Source: Paracoccaceae bacterium
GTDB taxonomy: Bacteria > Pseudomonadota > Alphaproteobacteria > Rhodobacterales > Rhodobacteraceae
DNA length: 64,000 nt
Assembly (NCBI GenBank): GCA_045565285.1
Contig: JBJLFR010000010.1
Location: forward strand, 3,344-67,343
Reading direction: 5' to 3'
A program made the translations under genes and the position numbers. Numbering within the stretch: the first letter of the stretch is position 1; each line of letters opens with the position of its first letter. This document shows positions 46,830 to 56,558 of this stretch, in pieces. Below the pieces are notes generated by a model, which saw only the letters and a list, made by a program, of their open reading frames with translations, searched no databases and was not told the origin of the DNA.

Positions 46830-48437
46830 TTAATTACTCATTTTTCCGATTCTTATACTATAATCAACAGCCAAAGCGTATTCTGGATCATCATCACTAT
46901 CAATCATAAGCTGACCTGTTCTAGAAAGTAAGTAGTGACAATCTTTACTTAAATGTCTAAGTTTAATTTCTCTTCCTGATTTTTGATAACGTTCTGCAAT
47001 ATCTTCTATTGCTTTTAGAGCAGACTGATCAACTACTTTTGAATTATTAAAATCAAGAATAACAACGTTAGGATCTTTTTCTGGTTTGAATAATTCTAAA
47101 AAACTTTCAACTGAGCCAAAAAATAATGGTCCATCAATTTCATAAACTTTTGCACCTTTTTCAGTTGTAGAATCTCTTCCAATCGCATGTATTCTACTTG
47201 CAGAATTCCAGGCAAAAACTAACGCCGATACTATCACACCTACAACTACAGCAACTGCTAGATCTTCAGCAACTGTTACTACGGTAACTAATATTATAAC
47301 AAGTGCATCGGTTTTAGGTACTTTAGTTAATAGCCTTATAGAATTCCATGCGAAAGTTCCGATTACAACCATAAACATAACTCCTACTAATGCAGCAATT
47401 GGAATTAACTCAATTAAAAAAGAACCATACAATATAAAAAATAACAAAAAAAGAGCTGCAATAGAGGCAGAAAGTCTAGTTCTTCCTCCAGATTTAACAT
47501 TTATCATAGACTGACCAATCATTGCACAACCTCCCATTCCACCAAAAAAACCTGTCACTGTATTGGCAGCACCTTGTGCAATGCATTCTTTGCTAGCACC
47601 TCCACGTTTGCCTGTAATTTCTCCAACAAGATTTAAAGTAAGTAAGCTTTCAATTAAACCAATTGTTGCCAATATAATAGCATATGGTCCTATTATTAAT
47701 AATGTATCAATTTCTAAAGGTACAATTGGAATATGAAAACTTGGTAAATTACCAGAAATACTTGCCAAATCACCAACTACTGGAACTCCTACATCAAAAT
47801 ATATTACAAAAGTAGATATTATAATTATCGCAGACAATGGACCAGGTATAGTTTTTGTGACCTTCGGAGTAGCCCAAATAATAAACATTGTAACAGCTAC
47901 TAAAAGTATAGAAAAAGACATCATATCACCAGTCATCCAATGAAGTTCACCCATTTTATCCATTGTCTGAAATTGTCTAATTTGAGCCAACCCAATTACT
48001 ATTGCCAAACCATTTACAAAACCTAACATTACCGATTGTGGAACTATTCTTATAAATTTTCCTAATTTAAAAATTCCCGATAATATTTGTAATATTCCCA
48101 TCAAAATTATTGTTGCAAAAAGATATTCGACTCCATAATCTTCAACTAATGAAATCATTACTACAGCAAGAGCTCCTGTGGCGCCTGAAATCATACCTGG
48201 ACGTCCACCAAATAACGCTGTAATTATTCCAACAATAAATGCTGCATATAATCCAAATAAAGGAGGTACTCCAGCAACGAATGCAAATGCTACTGCTTCA
48301 GGAACTAGTGCAATAGCAACAGTTAATCCTGCAAGTATTTCAATTCTAAAAAAAGAAAAGGAATATTTACTATCCTTGAGATTTGAATTATTGAAATTAA
48401 AATTTTTGACAAATGTTGAAAAATTGGATCTTAACAA
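46830..48437 (-). CDS. SulP-family anion transporter with C-terminal STAS domain
   Basis: 535 aa. 'EILAGLTVAIALVPEAVAFAFVAGVPP' is the SulP motif. Polytopic core followed by a soluble STAS-like C-terminus. Confidence 0.85.
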   Translation of the reverse strand: MLRSNFSTFVKNFNFNNSNLKDSKYSFSFFRIEILAGLTVAIALVPEAVAFAFVAGVPPLFGLYAAFIVGIITALFGGRPGMISGATGALAVVMISLVEDYGVEYLFATIILMGILQILSGIFKLGKFIRIVPQSVMLGFVNGLAIVIGLAQIRQFQTMDKMGELHWMTGDMMSFSILLVAVTMFIIWATPKVTKTIPGPLSAIIIISTFVIYFDVGVPVVGDLASISGNLPSFHIPIVPLEIDTLLIIGPYAIILATIGLIESLLTLNLVGEITGKRGGASKECIAQGAANTVTGFFGGMGGCAMIGQSMINVKSGGRTRLSASIAALFLLFFILYGSFLIELIPIAALVGVMFMVVIGTFAWNSIRLLTKVPKTDALVIILVTVVTVAEDLAVAVVVGVIVSALVFAWNSASRIHAIGRDSTTEKGAKVYEIDGPLFFGSVESFLELFKPEKDPNVVILDFNNSKVVDQSALKAIEDIAERYQKSGREIKLRHLSKDCHYLLSRTGQLMIDSDDDPEYALAVDYSIRIGKMSN

Positions 48438-48525
48438 TAAAAAATTCCTTTGATTATATTTTTATTTTTTTGCTTTATATTTCGATAAAAAACATTCTTA
48501 ATAATTTCTAAATAGTAAGTTATAG

Positions 48526-48963
48526 GTGAAATTGCAAATGATTAAAAAAGTAGAAAAAAGTTTTAACAAGCAAATGTTTATGAAAACAATCGGAGCTTAT
48601 CTCGGTAAAACTAGTAGTGGATATTGCGAAATAATATTACCAGTTAGTAACAATATTTCTCAGCAACATGGTCTAGTTCATGGAGGAATATTATCAACCT
48701 TAGCAGATAATTCATCTGCATTTGCAGCTTTTTCGTTAATGAAAGAACCTTATCAACCATTGACTATTGAATTTAAAATTAATTTTCTAACTCAAAATAT
48801 TTGTCAGAGTTTAATAGCAAAAGGAATGGTTTTAAGGGCAGGAAAAATTATAACCCATGTAAAATCAGAAATTTTCTCAGTTTTTGAAAAGAGAGAAGAT
48901 CTAATTGCATACTCTACTGCAACTATTAAATCTTCAAAATCAATTAAAGAATTATCTATTTAA
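48526..48963 (+). CDS. PaaI-family hotdog-fold thioesterase
   Basis: 145 aa. 'HGLVHGGILSTLADNSSAFAA' is typical of the PaaI/YbgC-like 4HBT family. GTG at 48526 or ATG at 48538. Confidence 0.7.
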   Translation: MKLQMIKKVEKSFNKQMFMKTIGAYLGKTSSGYCEIILPVSNNISQQHGLVHGGILSTLADNSSAFAAFSLMKEPYQPLTIEFKINFLTQNICQSLIAKGMVLRAGKIITHVKSEIFSVFEKREDLIAYSTATIKSSKSIKELSI

Positions 48964-49081
48964 TTTTTATATTAGTATTTAATAAAATGTAGAAATATTC
49001 TTAATATTATTACTTTATCCTTGACATTATTTTGTTTATGAAACAAATGATATTTTAATATTATTTAATTCGGGTTTTTTA

Positions 49082-49714
49082 ATGTTTGCAGTTTTTAAAA
49101 CGGGTGGTAAGCAATATAAAGTAAAATCAGGTGATATATTATCTGTAGAAAAACTTGTTGCTGATCTTGGTGATAAAGTAAGATTTAATCAAATTCTTGC
49201 TTTAGGAGGCAATTCACCCTCTATTGGAACTCCTTTAGTAAGTGGTGCATGTGTTGAAGCAGAAATATTAAATCAGACAAAAGGTAAAAAAGTTATTCAT
49301 TTTGTTAAACGCAGAAGAAAACATTCTTCACAAAGGAAAAAAGGTCATCGACAAGATTTAACAATACTAAAAGTATTAGAAATTAAATCTGATCAAAAAA
49401 TAGACGAAACAAGTAATTTTGAAATTCTAGGTAAAATTTTAAAACAAGTTAAATCTTCTTCAAATATTAAAGAAACATTCAATCAAAAAAATACAACACC
49501 AAAATCTGTAAAAAAATCTGAAGTAAAACCTGCTAGTACAAAAAATGCTGAAGTAAAACCTGCTAGTACAAAAAATGCTGAAGTAAAACCTGCTAGTACA
49601 AAAAAGGCTGAAGTAAAACCAGCTCGTACTAAAACTGTCCAAAAAAATAATAGTACAAAAACGAAAATTGAGAAATCTACAACTGGAAAAAAATCAGTAA
49701 AAGCTTCCAAATAA
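49082..49714 (+). CDS. rplU: 50S ribosomal protein L21 with ~107-aa Lys-rich repeat extension
   Basis: The N-terminal 103 aa ('MFAVFKTGGKQYKV...KKGHRQDLTILKV') are canonical bL21. The C-terminal tail carries 'AEVKPASTKN' repeats. Confidence 0.9.
   Translation: MFAVFKTGGKQYKVKSGDILSVEKLVADLGDKVRFNQILALGGNSPSIGTPLVSGACVEAEILNQTKGKKVIHFVKRRRKHSSQRKKGHRQDLTILKVLEIKSDQKIDETSNFEILGKILKQVKSSSNIKETFNQKNTTPKSVKKSEVKPASTKNAEVKPASTKNAEVKPASTKKAEVKPARTKTVQKNNSTKTKIEKSTTGKKSVKASK
49520..49639 (+). repeat. in-frame 30-bp tandem repeat (4 units) inside rplU
   Basis: Unit gaagtaaaacctgctagtacaaaaaatgct occurs at 49520, 49550 and 49580 (one mismatch in the third). A diverged fourth unit starts at 49610. Confidence 0.9.
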
Positions 49715-49729
49715 TTAAAGGAATATGTT

Positions 49730-49978
49730 ATGGCTCATAAAAAAGCAGGCGGTTCATCCAGAAATGGTCGAGATTCAGCTGGTAGACGTTTAGGTGTTAA
49801 AAAATTTGGTGGTGAAAGTGTAATATCTGGCAATATTATAGTCCGTCAGCGTGGCACCAAATGGTGGCCTGGTAACAATGTTGGTATCGGTAAAGATCAT
49901 ACAATTTTTGCGACTTCTGATGGAAAAGTAAAGTTTCACAAAGGCCTTAAAGGCAGAACATTTATATCAATTATTTAG
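49730..49978 (+). CDS. rpmA: 50S ribosomal protein L27
   Basis: 82 aa. '[29 protein letters not shown]' is the canonical bL27 N-terminus. Confidence 0.95.
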   Translation: MAHKKAGGSSRNGRDSAGRRLGVKKFGGESVISGNIIVRQRGTKWWPGNNVGIGKDHTIFATSDGKVKFHKGLKGRTFISII

Positions 49979-50020
49979 AGATAAAACTGCAATACCCTTT
50001 GCTAATAATTGAGCCTGGCA

Positions 50021-50620
50021 ATGTTGGTTGATAATTATACATTAAGCTTATTTTTATTTTCAGTATCCATGGTGGCAACTCCTGGACCTGCAAATATAAT
50101 TTTACTTAATGCTGGCTCACAATTTGGTTTTAAACAATCCCTACCTTTTGTATTTGGAATTATTTTATCAAAGCAAATAATTATATGGCCAATTGGATTA
50201 GGAATATTAACTATTTTTGATTTTTTTCCAAATTTTATTGATTTAATTAAAATAATATCCTCTAGTTACATTATTTGGCTAGCATGGAAATTATCCAAAT
50301 TTAAAATAACAAATGGGAAAAGCTTAATGAAAGCACCTTCTTTCATTTATGGGCTTCCAGTGCATCCAACAAATCCCAAAGCTTGGGCAATGGTAACTGT
50401 AAGTTTTTCAAATTTTACAAATCCCGATCATAGTTTAATTATTTCAACCTTAATAGTAGCTATTATTTTTATTATAGTTCAACTTTTTTTTCATAATCTT
50501 TGGTGTTTTTTTGGTGACCAGCTTAAGAAAAAATTCCAACACACTAAATATGAAATTTGGCTAATGAGGTTTTTATCGCTTTTAATGTTAAGCAGTTTAA
50601 TATTATTATTTTTAAACTAA
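50021..50620 (+). CDS. LysE/RhtB-family amino-acid exporter
   Basis: ~199 aa. 'VATPGPANIILLNAGSQFGF' is the LysE motif, with 6 TM segments. The ATG at 50021 lies inside ORF 50009..50620. Confidence 0.7.
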   Translation: MLVDNYTLSLFLFSVSMVATPGPANIILLNAGSQFGFKQSLPFVFGIILSKQIIIWPIGLGILTIFDFFPNFIDLIKIISSSYIIWLAWKLSKFKITNGKSLMKAPSFIYGLPVHPTNPKAWAMVTVSFSNFTNPDHSLIISTLIVAIIFIIVQLFFHNLWCFFGDQLKKKFQHTKYEIWLMRFLSLLMLSSLILLFLN

Positions 50621-50653
50621 AGAAATAATTTTTATAGATATAGTTTTTTTAAA

Positions 50654-51694
50654 ATGAAATTTCTCGACTTAGTAAAAGTTTATATAAAATCTGGAAATGG
50701 TGGATCTGGTGCATTAAGTTTCAGAAGGGAAAAATATATTGAAAAAGGGGGACCAGATGGAGGTAATGGTGGAAAGGGGGGCTCAGTATGGGGAATACCT
50801 GATAGTAATTTAAATACTTTAATAGATTTTAAATATAAACAACATCATTTTGCAAAAAATGGGAGACCAGGACAAGGTAAGAAAAAAACGGGTGAATCTG
50901 CTGAAGATATTTTTTTAAAACTACCTTTAGGTACAGAAATATTTGACGAAAACCAAAAGATACTTTTGGGAGAAATAAACAATATTAATGATAAAGTATT
51001 ATTACTTCCTGGTGGAACTGGTGGTTTAGGAAACCATAATTTTAAATCATCAACTAATCGCTCACCTAGAAAATTTACATCGGGGGGCAAAGGTTTAGAA
51101 AAAACAATATATCTTAAATTAAAATTAATTGCCGATGTGGGAATGATTGGACTTCCTAATGCAGGAAAATCAACTTTACTTTCTAAAACATCTAATGCTA
51201 AGCCTAAAATTGCAAATTATCCTTTCACTACATTAATTCCAAAGCTTGGTATTATTTCAATTTATAATTCACAATTAACCATTGCAGATATACCAGGATT
51301 AATTAAAGATGCTTATAAAGGAAAAGGAGCAGGAATTAGATTTTTAGGTCATATTGAAAAATGTAAAGCTCTTATACATCTTATTGATGTAACATCTTCA
51401 AAGATTATAAATGATTATAAAATAGTACTAAATGAATTAGAAAAGTATAATAAAGAATTATTAAATCGACCTCGAATTACTGTACTTAATAAAGTTGATT
51501 TAGTTGATAAAAATACTTTAAATAAAAAAATAAAATTATTAGCTAAATTTGAAATTAAATTACATACTATTTCAGCAATAAATATGACTGGTTTAGAATA
51601 TTTGAAAAAAGATATTTTCAAAAAAATAGTTAATGAAAAAATAGAAAAAGAAAAAGAGAATAAGTTGGAAAAAAAATGGAATCCAATAGATTAA
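50654..51694 (+). CDS. obg: GTPase Obg/CgtA
   Basis: 346 aa. Obg fold 'FRREKYIEKGGPDGGNGGKGGSV', G1 'GLPNAGKST', G3 'DIPG' and G4 'NKVD'. Confidence 0.95.
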   Translation: MKFLDLVKVYIKSGNGGSGALSFRREKYIEKGGPDGGNGGKGGSVWGIPDSNLNTLIDFKYKQHHFAKNGRPGQGKKKTGESAEDIFLKLPLGTEIFDENQKILLGEINNINDKVLLLPGGTGGLGNHNFKSSTNRSPRKFTSGGKGLEKTIYLKLKLIADVGMIGLPNAGKSTLLSKTSNAKPKIANYPFTTLIPKLGIISIYNSQLTIADIPGLIKDAYKGKGAGIRFLGHIEKCKALIHLIDVTSSKIINDYKIVLNELEKYNKELLNRPRITVLNKVDLVDKNTLNKKIKLLAKFEIKLHTISAINMTGLEYLKKDIFKKIVNEKIEKEKENKLEKKWNPID

Positions 51695-52824
51695 ATTTTA
51701 ATAATATAAATTGTTCACAAATTTTAAAAGCAAAAACAATAGTTATTAAAATTGGATCATCTATTTTAATTGATCCTAAAAGGAATATATTAAAGAATAA
51801 ATGGTTAAATTCATTGTTAGATGAAATTTCTATTTTAAAAAAAAGTGGCAAAAATATTATAATTGTTTCTTCAGGATCTATTGCTTTAGGTAAATCTGTT
51901 TTAAAATTAACTTCAAGTAACTTGAGATTAGATGATAGCCAGGCCTATGCAGCAATAGGACAAATAAAATTGGCTCAATCCTACGATTTGATATTAAAAA
52001 AACACAATATTCATACAGCACAAGTATTATTAACATCTGATGATAGTCAAAATAGAAGACGGTATTTAAATATAAGGTCTACATTTAAATCATTATTAAA
52101 AAAGGAAGTTATTCCTATAGTAAACGAAAATGATACTGTAGCTACCGAAGAAATAAAATTTGGTGATAATGATAGACTTGCAGCACAAGTGGCACTAATT
52201 ACTGAAGCAAATCTTTTAATCTTATTATCAGACATAGATGGCTTATATGAAAAAGATCCAAATATTAATCCTGACACAAAACATTTACCTTTAATTAAAG
52301 AGGTTACTAAAAATATGTTAAGCATGGCCAGTCATACAACTTCTGAGAATTCAAGAGGTGGCATGGTTACTAAATTAGAGGCTGCAAAAATATCTATGAA
52401 TGGTGGATGTGAAATGATTATTGCAAATGGACTATATAATTTTCCAATAAGTAAATTTTCTTGTGGAGATGGTAAATATACAAGATTTCTTCCCAAAGAC
52501 GATGTTAAAACCTTAAGAAAGCAATGGATTCTTTCTATAAAAACTAAAGGTAAACTACTTATAGATCAGGGAGCGATAAAAGCTTTAATAAATCATAAAT
52601 CTTTATTACCTGCGGGTGTTATTAAATCATTTGGAAATTTTGAAAGAGGTGATGCAGTTGAAATCATCTCAAATGATAATGAAAAGATTGGACAAGGTTT
52701 ATCTGGTTACTCAAATTTTGAAGTTCAAAAGATAAAGGGTTGTAAAACAAATGAAATTAAAGAAAAATTAGGACATCCAGGAAGGGTAGCACTAATTCAT
52801 ACTGATGATTTAGTATTAATTTAG
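51676..52824 (+). CDS. proB: glutamate 5-kinase (with PUA domain)
   Basis: 382 aa. 'IVIKIGSS', 'PIVNENDTVATEEIKFGDNDRLAA' and a C-terminal PUA domain. Overlaps obg by 19 nt. Confidence 0.9.
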   Translation: MESNRLNFNNINCSQILKAKTIVIKIGSSILIDPKRNILKNKWLNSLLDEISILKKSGKNIIIVSSGSIALGKSVLKLTSSNLRLDDSQAYAAIGQIKLAQSYDLILKKHNIHTAQVLLTSDDSQNRRRYLNIRSTFKSLLKKEVIPIVNENDTVATEEIKFGDNDRLAAQVALITEANLLILLSDIDGLYEKDPNINPDTKHLPLIKEVTKNMLSMASHTTSENSRGGMVTKLEAAKISMNGGCEMIIANGLYNFPISKFSCGDGKYTRFLPKDDVKTLRKQWILSIKTKGKLLIDQGAIKALINHKSLLPAGVIKSFGNFERGDAVEIISNDNEKIGQGLSGYSNFEVQKIKGCKTNEIKEKLGHPGRVALIHTDDLVLI

Positions 52825-52834
52825 GAAAAGAAAT

Positions 52835-54094
52835 ATGTTAAATAATATTGAAATCTTAGTAAAAGAACTTGGGAAAAGGGGTAAAAAAGCTAGTCTTTTG
52901 ATGTCAAAGATCTCAACAGATAAAAAAAATAAAGCATTAAAAAATATTTCAACAATTATCAATAAAAACCAAACTTTTATTCTTAAAGAAAATAAAAAAG
53001 ATTTAAAAAATGCAATCCAAAAAAATCTAAACTCAGCTAAAATTGATCGATTATCTTTAAATGAACAAAGTATTAAAGATATTCAATCTAGTTTACATGA
53101 TATAATTAATTTTGAAGATCCCATTAACAAAACTTTAGATTACCGGGAAAGACCTTCAGGAATTAAAATTAAGAAAATATCAACTTCAATTGGAGTTCTA
53201 GGAATAATTTATGAAAGTAGGCCAAATGTAACTATTGATGCAGCTGCATTATGTATAAAATCAAGCAATTCAGCTATTTTAAGACCAGGTTCAGAGAGTT
53301 ATCTATCATGTTCAGCTTTATATAGTTGTGTAAATGAAGGATTAGTTAAAACAGGATTACCAAAAAATTTAATTCAAATAGTTCCTACCACAAATCGAAT
53401 TGCAGTTAATAAATTGATACAAATGACCGATTATATTGACGTTATAATCCCAAGAGGGGGAAAGAACCTTGTGAAGTTAATTCAAGAAAATGCAAAAGTG
53501 CCAGTATTTGCTCACTTGGAAGGTATAGTTCATACTTATATCCACGAAGATGCTAATCCAGCTATGGTTGAAAATCTTATCTTTAATTCAAAACTAAGAA
53601 GACCTGGGATCTGTGGTGCATTAGAGTGTTTGTTAATTGATAAAACTTTTTTTAAGAATAATGGAATAAAATTAATTAACAAATTATTAAGTAATGGAAT
53701 TGAAATACGCGGAGATACCACTGTTGGCAAAATAAAAGGAGTAAAGTTAGCTGATCACAAGGATTGGGGAAGGGAGTTTCTAGATAAAATACTAGCAGTT
53801 AAGGTTACAGAAAATTTCAAAATAGCCGTTGATCATATCAATAAATATAATTCCAATCATACAGATTCAATTATTACGAATAGTAAAAATGTTGCTAAAA
53901 AATTCTTTTCTTCAATTGATAGTGCAATATTAATGCATAATGTTTCAACACAATTTGCTGATGGTGGAGAATTTGGAATGGGTGCAGAGATTGGTATAGG
54001 TACAGGTAAACTGCATGCTAGGGGTCCAATTGGAGCTCATGAACTAACTAGTTACAAATATATAGTTGAAGGAAATGGTATTTTGAGGAAATAA
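52835..54094 (+). CDS. proA: gamma-glutamyl phosphate reductase
   Basis: 419 aa. 'IYESRPNVTIDAAALCIKSSNSAILRPGSES' and the catalytic Cys region 'PGICGALECLLI'. Confidence 0.9.
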   Translation: MLNNIEILVKELGKRGKKASLLMSKISTDKKNKALKNISTIINKNQTFILKENKKDLKNAIQKNLNSAKIDRLSLNEQSIKDIQSSLHDIINFEDPINKTLDYRERPSGIKIKKISTSIGVLGIIYESRPNVTIDAAALCIKSSNSAILRPGSESYLSCSALYSCVNEGLVKTGLPKNLIQIVPTTNRIAVNKLIQMTDYIDVIIPRGGKNLVKLIQENAKVPVFAHLEGIVHTYIHEDANPAMVENLIFNSKLRRPGICGALECLLIDKTFFKNNGIKLINKLLSNGIEIRGDTTVGKIKGVKLADHKDWGREFLDKILAVKVTENFKIAVDHINKYNSNHTDSIITNSKNVAKKFFSSIDSAILMHNVSTQFADGGEFGMGAEIGIGTGKLHARGPIGAHELTSYKYIVEGNGILRK

Positions 54095-54099
54095 AAAAT

Positions 54100-54651
54100 C
54101 TACCTTTTCCAAGATCTTACTGGTCCACAATCAATATGAACAAATCCAGATCTAGAATAACTACCAACTCCTCCACTCATACAAGCTTTTGCAGCACCCG
54201 CTATTTGAGATACGGATCTATTATCTAACCTTAGATCTGCTGCCATTCCTTTTATATGGTAAGAGTTTCTAGCCACACCACTATTTGAATAGGATAACAT
54301 TTTATTTGTTGTAATAGTTCTATAGCCAGAGAGTAGTTGCATAGTTTCAGATGTATCTAGAAGTGCTTGAGTGGCCGAAATAATATCAATGTTAGCAACA
54401 TCATAAGTAATTGTCTTATTCTGACGCCAATCTCTCATGAAGTAACTTACTTCTTTAAGTGCTTCAGTAACATATGAGCCTTCTATCCAATAAACTAAAT
54501 TAATTTTTTCAGATGTTTTATTATTTTTTAGTTTTATTAATCTTATATCACCAGCATTTCTTAGTAATCCAGGGGTATTAGAATAAATAGGAGCGGCTAC
54601 AGCAACTAACGCTCCACTAAATATTGTGCAAAATTTTCTTCGTGACACCAT
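54100..54651 (-). CDS. Tat-exported DUF882 / peptidase M15A protein (YcbK/MepK-like)
   Basis: 183 aa. Twin-arginine leader 'SRRKFCTIF...AVAAP'. 'SGYRT', 'SYHIKGMAADL' and 'FVHID' are M15-type metal motifs. Confidence 0.75.
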   Translation of the reverse strand: MVSRRKFCTIFSGALVAVAAPIYSNTPGLLRNAGDIRLIKLKNNKTSEKINLVYWIEGSYVTEALKEVSYFMRDWRQNKTITYDVANIDIISATQALLDTSETMQLLSGYRTITTNKMLSYSNSGVARNSYHIKGMAADLRLDNRSVSQIAGAAKACMSGGVGSYSRSGFVHIDCGPVRSWKR

Positions 54652-54934
54652 ATGTGCAATACCATATAATTAAATTAATAAAATAAATCTTGCAGAATCC
54701 CTGCCAAATTTATAAATATTACTAATTTTAACCTGTTTAATTTTATTACTGTACAATAACTCATTGAATCTTAGTGGTTTTTTTTTTAATGTCAACTTCA
54801 AATAATGAATAAATACTTTCATTATTATTTATATTTATAAACGACAAATATTAAATCTTGTTAAATTTTATATTTATGCCATTTATTAAATGACTGATTT
54901 TTATTTTTTTTTAATTTAATAGGAATAAACGTAC

Positions 54935-56527
54935 ATGAAAAAAATTATTTTTAAATTAAGCTTTATATATATATTCATTTTTTTGTTATGTTCAAAAATA
55001 TATTCTAATGAAAAAGAGTTTATAGTAAATGAAATTAGAAATTTAATTGAATTTAATCAAGATATAGATGATTCAATTAAATCTTTTTATACTAATTCTT
55101 TTTATGAACCATATTGGCAAAATAATAAAACGAAAATTAATGACTTATTAAATGTTTTATCTAATACTTATAGAGAAGGCATACCAACTAATAGATATGA
55201 ATTGAATATTATTAAAAATTTAAATTCTTCTATTGAGTTATCTGATCTGGCTAAACTTGATGTTATGCTTACAGAAAAATTTTTATTACATTCAAGAGAT
55301 TTAAGCATAGGTATTATTAATCCACTTGAACTATCAACTTTTATTGCAATCGAAAGAGAAGCCCCAATAGCAGAAAAATTTTTAAGTAAATTAGATGCAC
55401 AAATAAATATTAAAAATTATTTTGAAGGTCTAAGACCAAATAATGGTGATTACTTAAAATTAATAGCAGAACTAGCAAAGTTAAATATCTTAAAAAATAA
55501 AAGTATTAATGAGATAATAGTTCCCAATGATATTACTTTGGAGGTAGGGATGTCACATCCAAATGTTATATCATTAAGAAAACGTCTATTGGAATTGAAG
55601 GTTCTTGAAGATTATTCAAAATCTGAAACATTTGATAAAGATTTATTAAAATCAGTAATTCTTTTTCAAGAAAACAGTGGTTTAATTCCTGATGGAGTAA
55701 TCGGAAAGAAAACTTTTCAAGCATTGAATTTATCAACAGAAACAAAATTAATGCAAGTTCTTGTTAATTTAGAGCGACTAAGATGGTTAAATTTTGACTT
55801 TGGAAATCAATATATTTTAATTAATCAAGCAAATTATGAAGCTAAATATGTCAATGGTGACAATACTTTATGGAAATCAAAAGTTGTAATTGGATTACCA
55901 GATTATCAAACTGCTGAATTTTTTGACCAAATGACTCATATTATTGCGAATCCAACTTGGCATGTACCAAAAAGTATTGCTGTTGATGAATATTTACCAA
56001 AAATTCTACAAGATCCAGAATTTTTAATTAATAATGAAATGTTATTATATGTAAGAGGTACTAGGAAAATTATCGATGCAAATCTAATAGATATGAGTGT
56101 TTTTACTGTTGATAATTTTCCGTTTGAAATTAAACAAAACCCAGGCAATCTAAATGCACTTGGTCAAGTGAAATTTATGTTTCCTAATAAACATAGCATC
56201 TATATGCATGATACCCCTATGAAAAGTTTATTTTCTAAGGATTTAAGAGCATTTAGTCATGGTTGTGTAAGGTTAGCTCGTCCTTTTGAATTTGCAAATG
56301 CATTATTGTCTGGCAATGAGACAATAAACAATCCTAATTTTTATTCTGCATTAAATAGTTCAGAAGAAACAAGGTTTAATCTTGAAAATTATATACCTGT
56401 CTATATGTCATATAGGACTGTCATATTTGATGATTTTGGGACTATAAACTATAGACCTGATATTTATGGAAGAGATGCTTTAATTTATTTATCCTTATTT
56501 TCATTTACACTTGATCACAATACTTAA
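54935..56527 (+). CDS. L,D-transpeptidase with peptidoglycan-binding domain (YcbB/LdtD-like)
   Basis: 530 aa with a signal peptide. PG-binding 'FQENSGLIPDGVIGKKTFQALN' and the YkuD catalytic 'IYMHDTP...SHGCVRL'. Confidence 0.8.
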   Translation: MKKIIFKLSFIYIFIFLLCSKIYSNEKEFIVNEIRNLIEFNQDIDDSIKSFYTNSFYEPYWQNNKTKINDLLNVLSNTYREGIPTNRYELNIIKNLNSSIELSDLAKLDVMLTEKFLLHSRDLSIGIINPLELSTFIAIEREAPIAEKFLSKLDAQINIKNYFEGLRPNNGDYLKLIAELAKLNILKNKSINEIIVPNDITLEVGMSHPNVISLRKRLLELKVLEDYSKSETFDKDLLKSVILFQENSGLIPDGVIGKKTFQALNLSTETKLMQVLVNLERLRWLNFDFGNQYILINQANYEAKYVNGDNTLWKSKVVIGLPDYQTAEFFDQMTHIIANPTWHVPKSIAVDEYLPKILQDPEFLINNEMLLYVRGTRKIIDANLIDMSVFTVDNFPFEIKQNPGNLNALGQVKFMFPNKHSIYMHDTPMKSLFSKDLRAFSHGCVRLARPFEFANALLSGNETINNPNFYSALNSSEETRFNLENYIPVYMSYRTVIFDDFGTINYRPDIYGRDALIYLSLFSFTLDHNT

Positions 56528-56558
56528 AAAATTATAGTCTTTTAATTATGAGGAAAAA

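Noticed and set aside
49021-49063. Consensus -35 hexamer TTGACA upstream of rplU as a promoter, plus the 7-bp palindrome tttgtttatgaaacaaa.
   Set aside because: There is no acceptable -10 hexamer at 16-19 bp spacing (CAAATG or AAATGA). The palindrome is all A/T apart from one G-C pair. This is not enough to call a promoter or operator.
49460-49710. Regular 30-bp periodicity that could suggest a CRISPR-like array, plus two antisense ORFs.
   Set aside because: The units are directly adjacent with no spacers, lie in frame inside rplU and encode a peptide repeat. There are no cas genes, and the antisense ORFs are repeat shadows.
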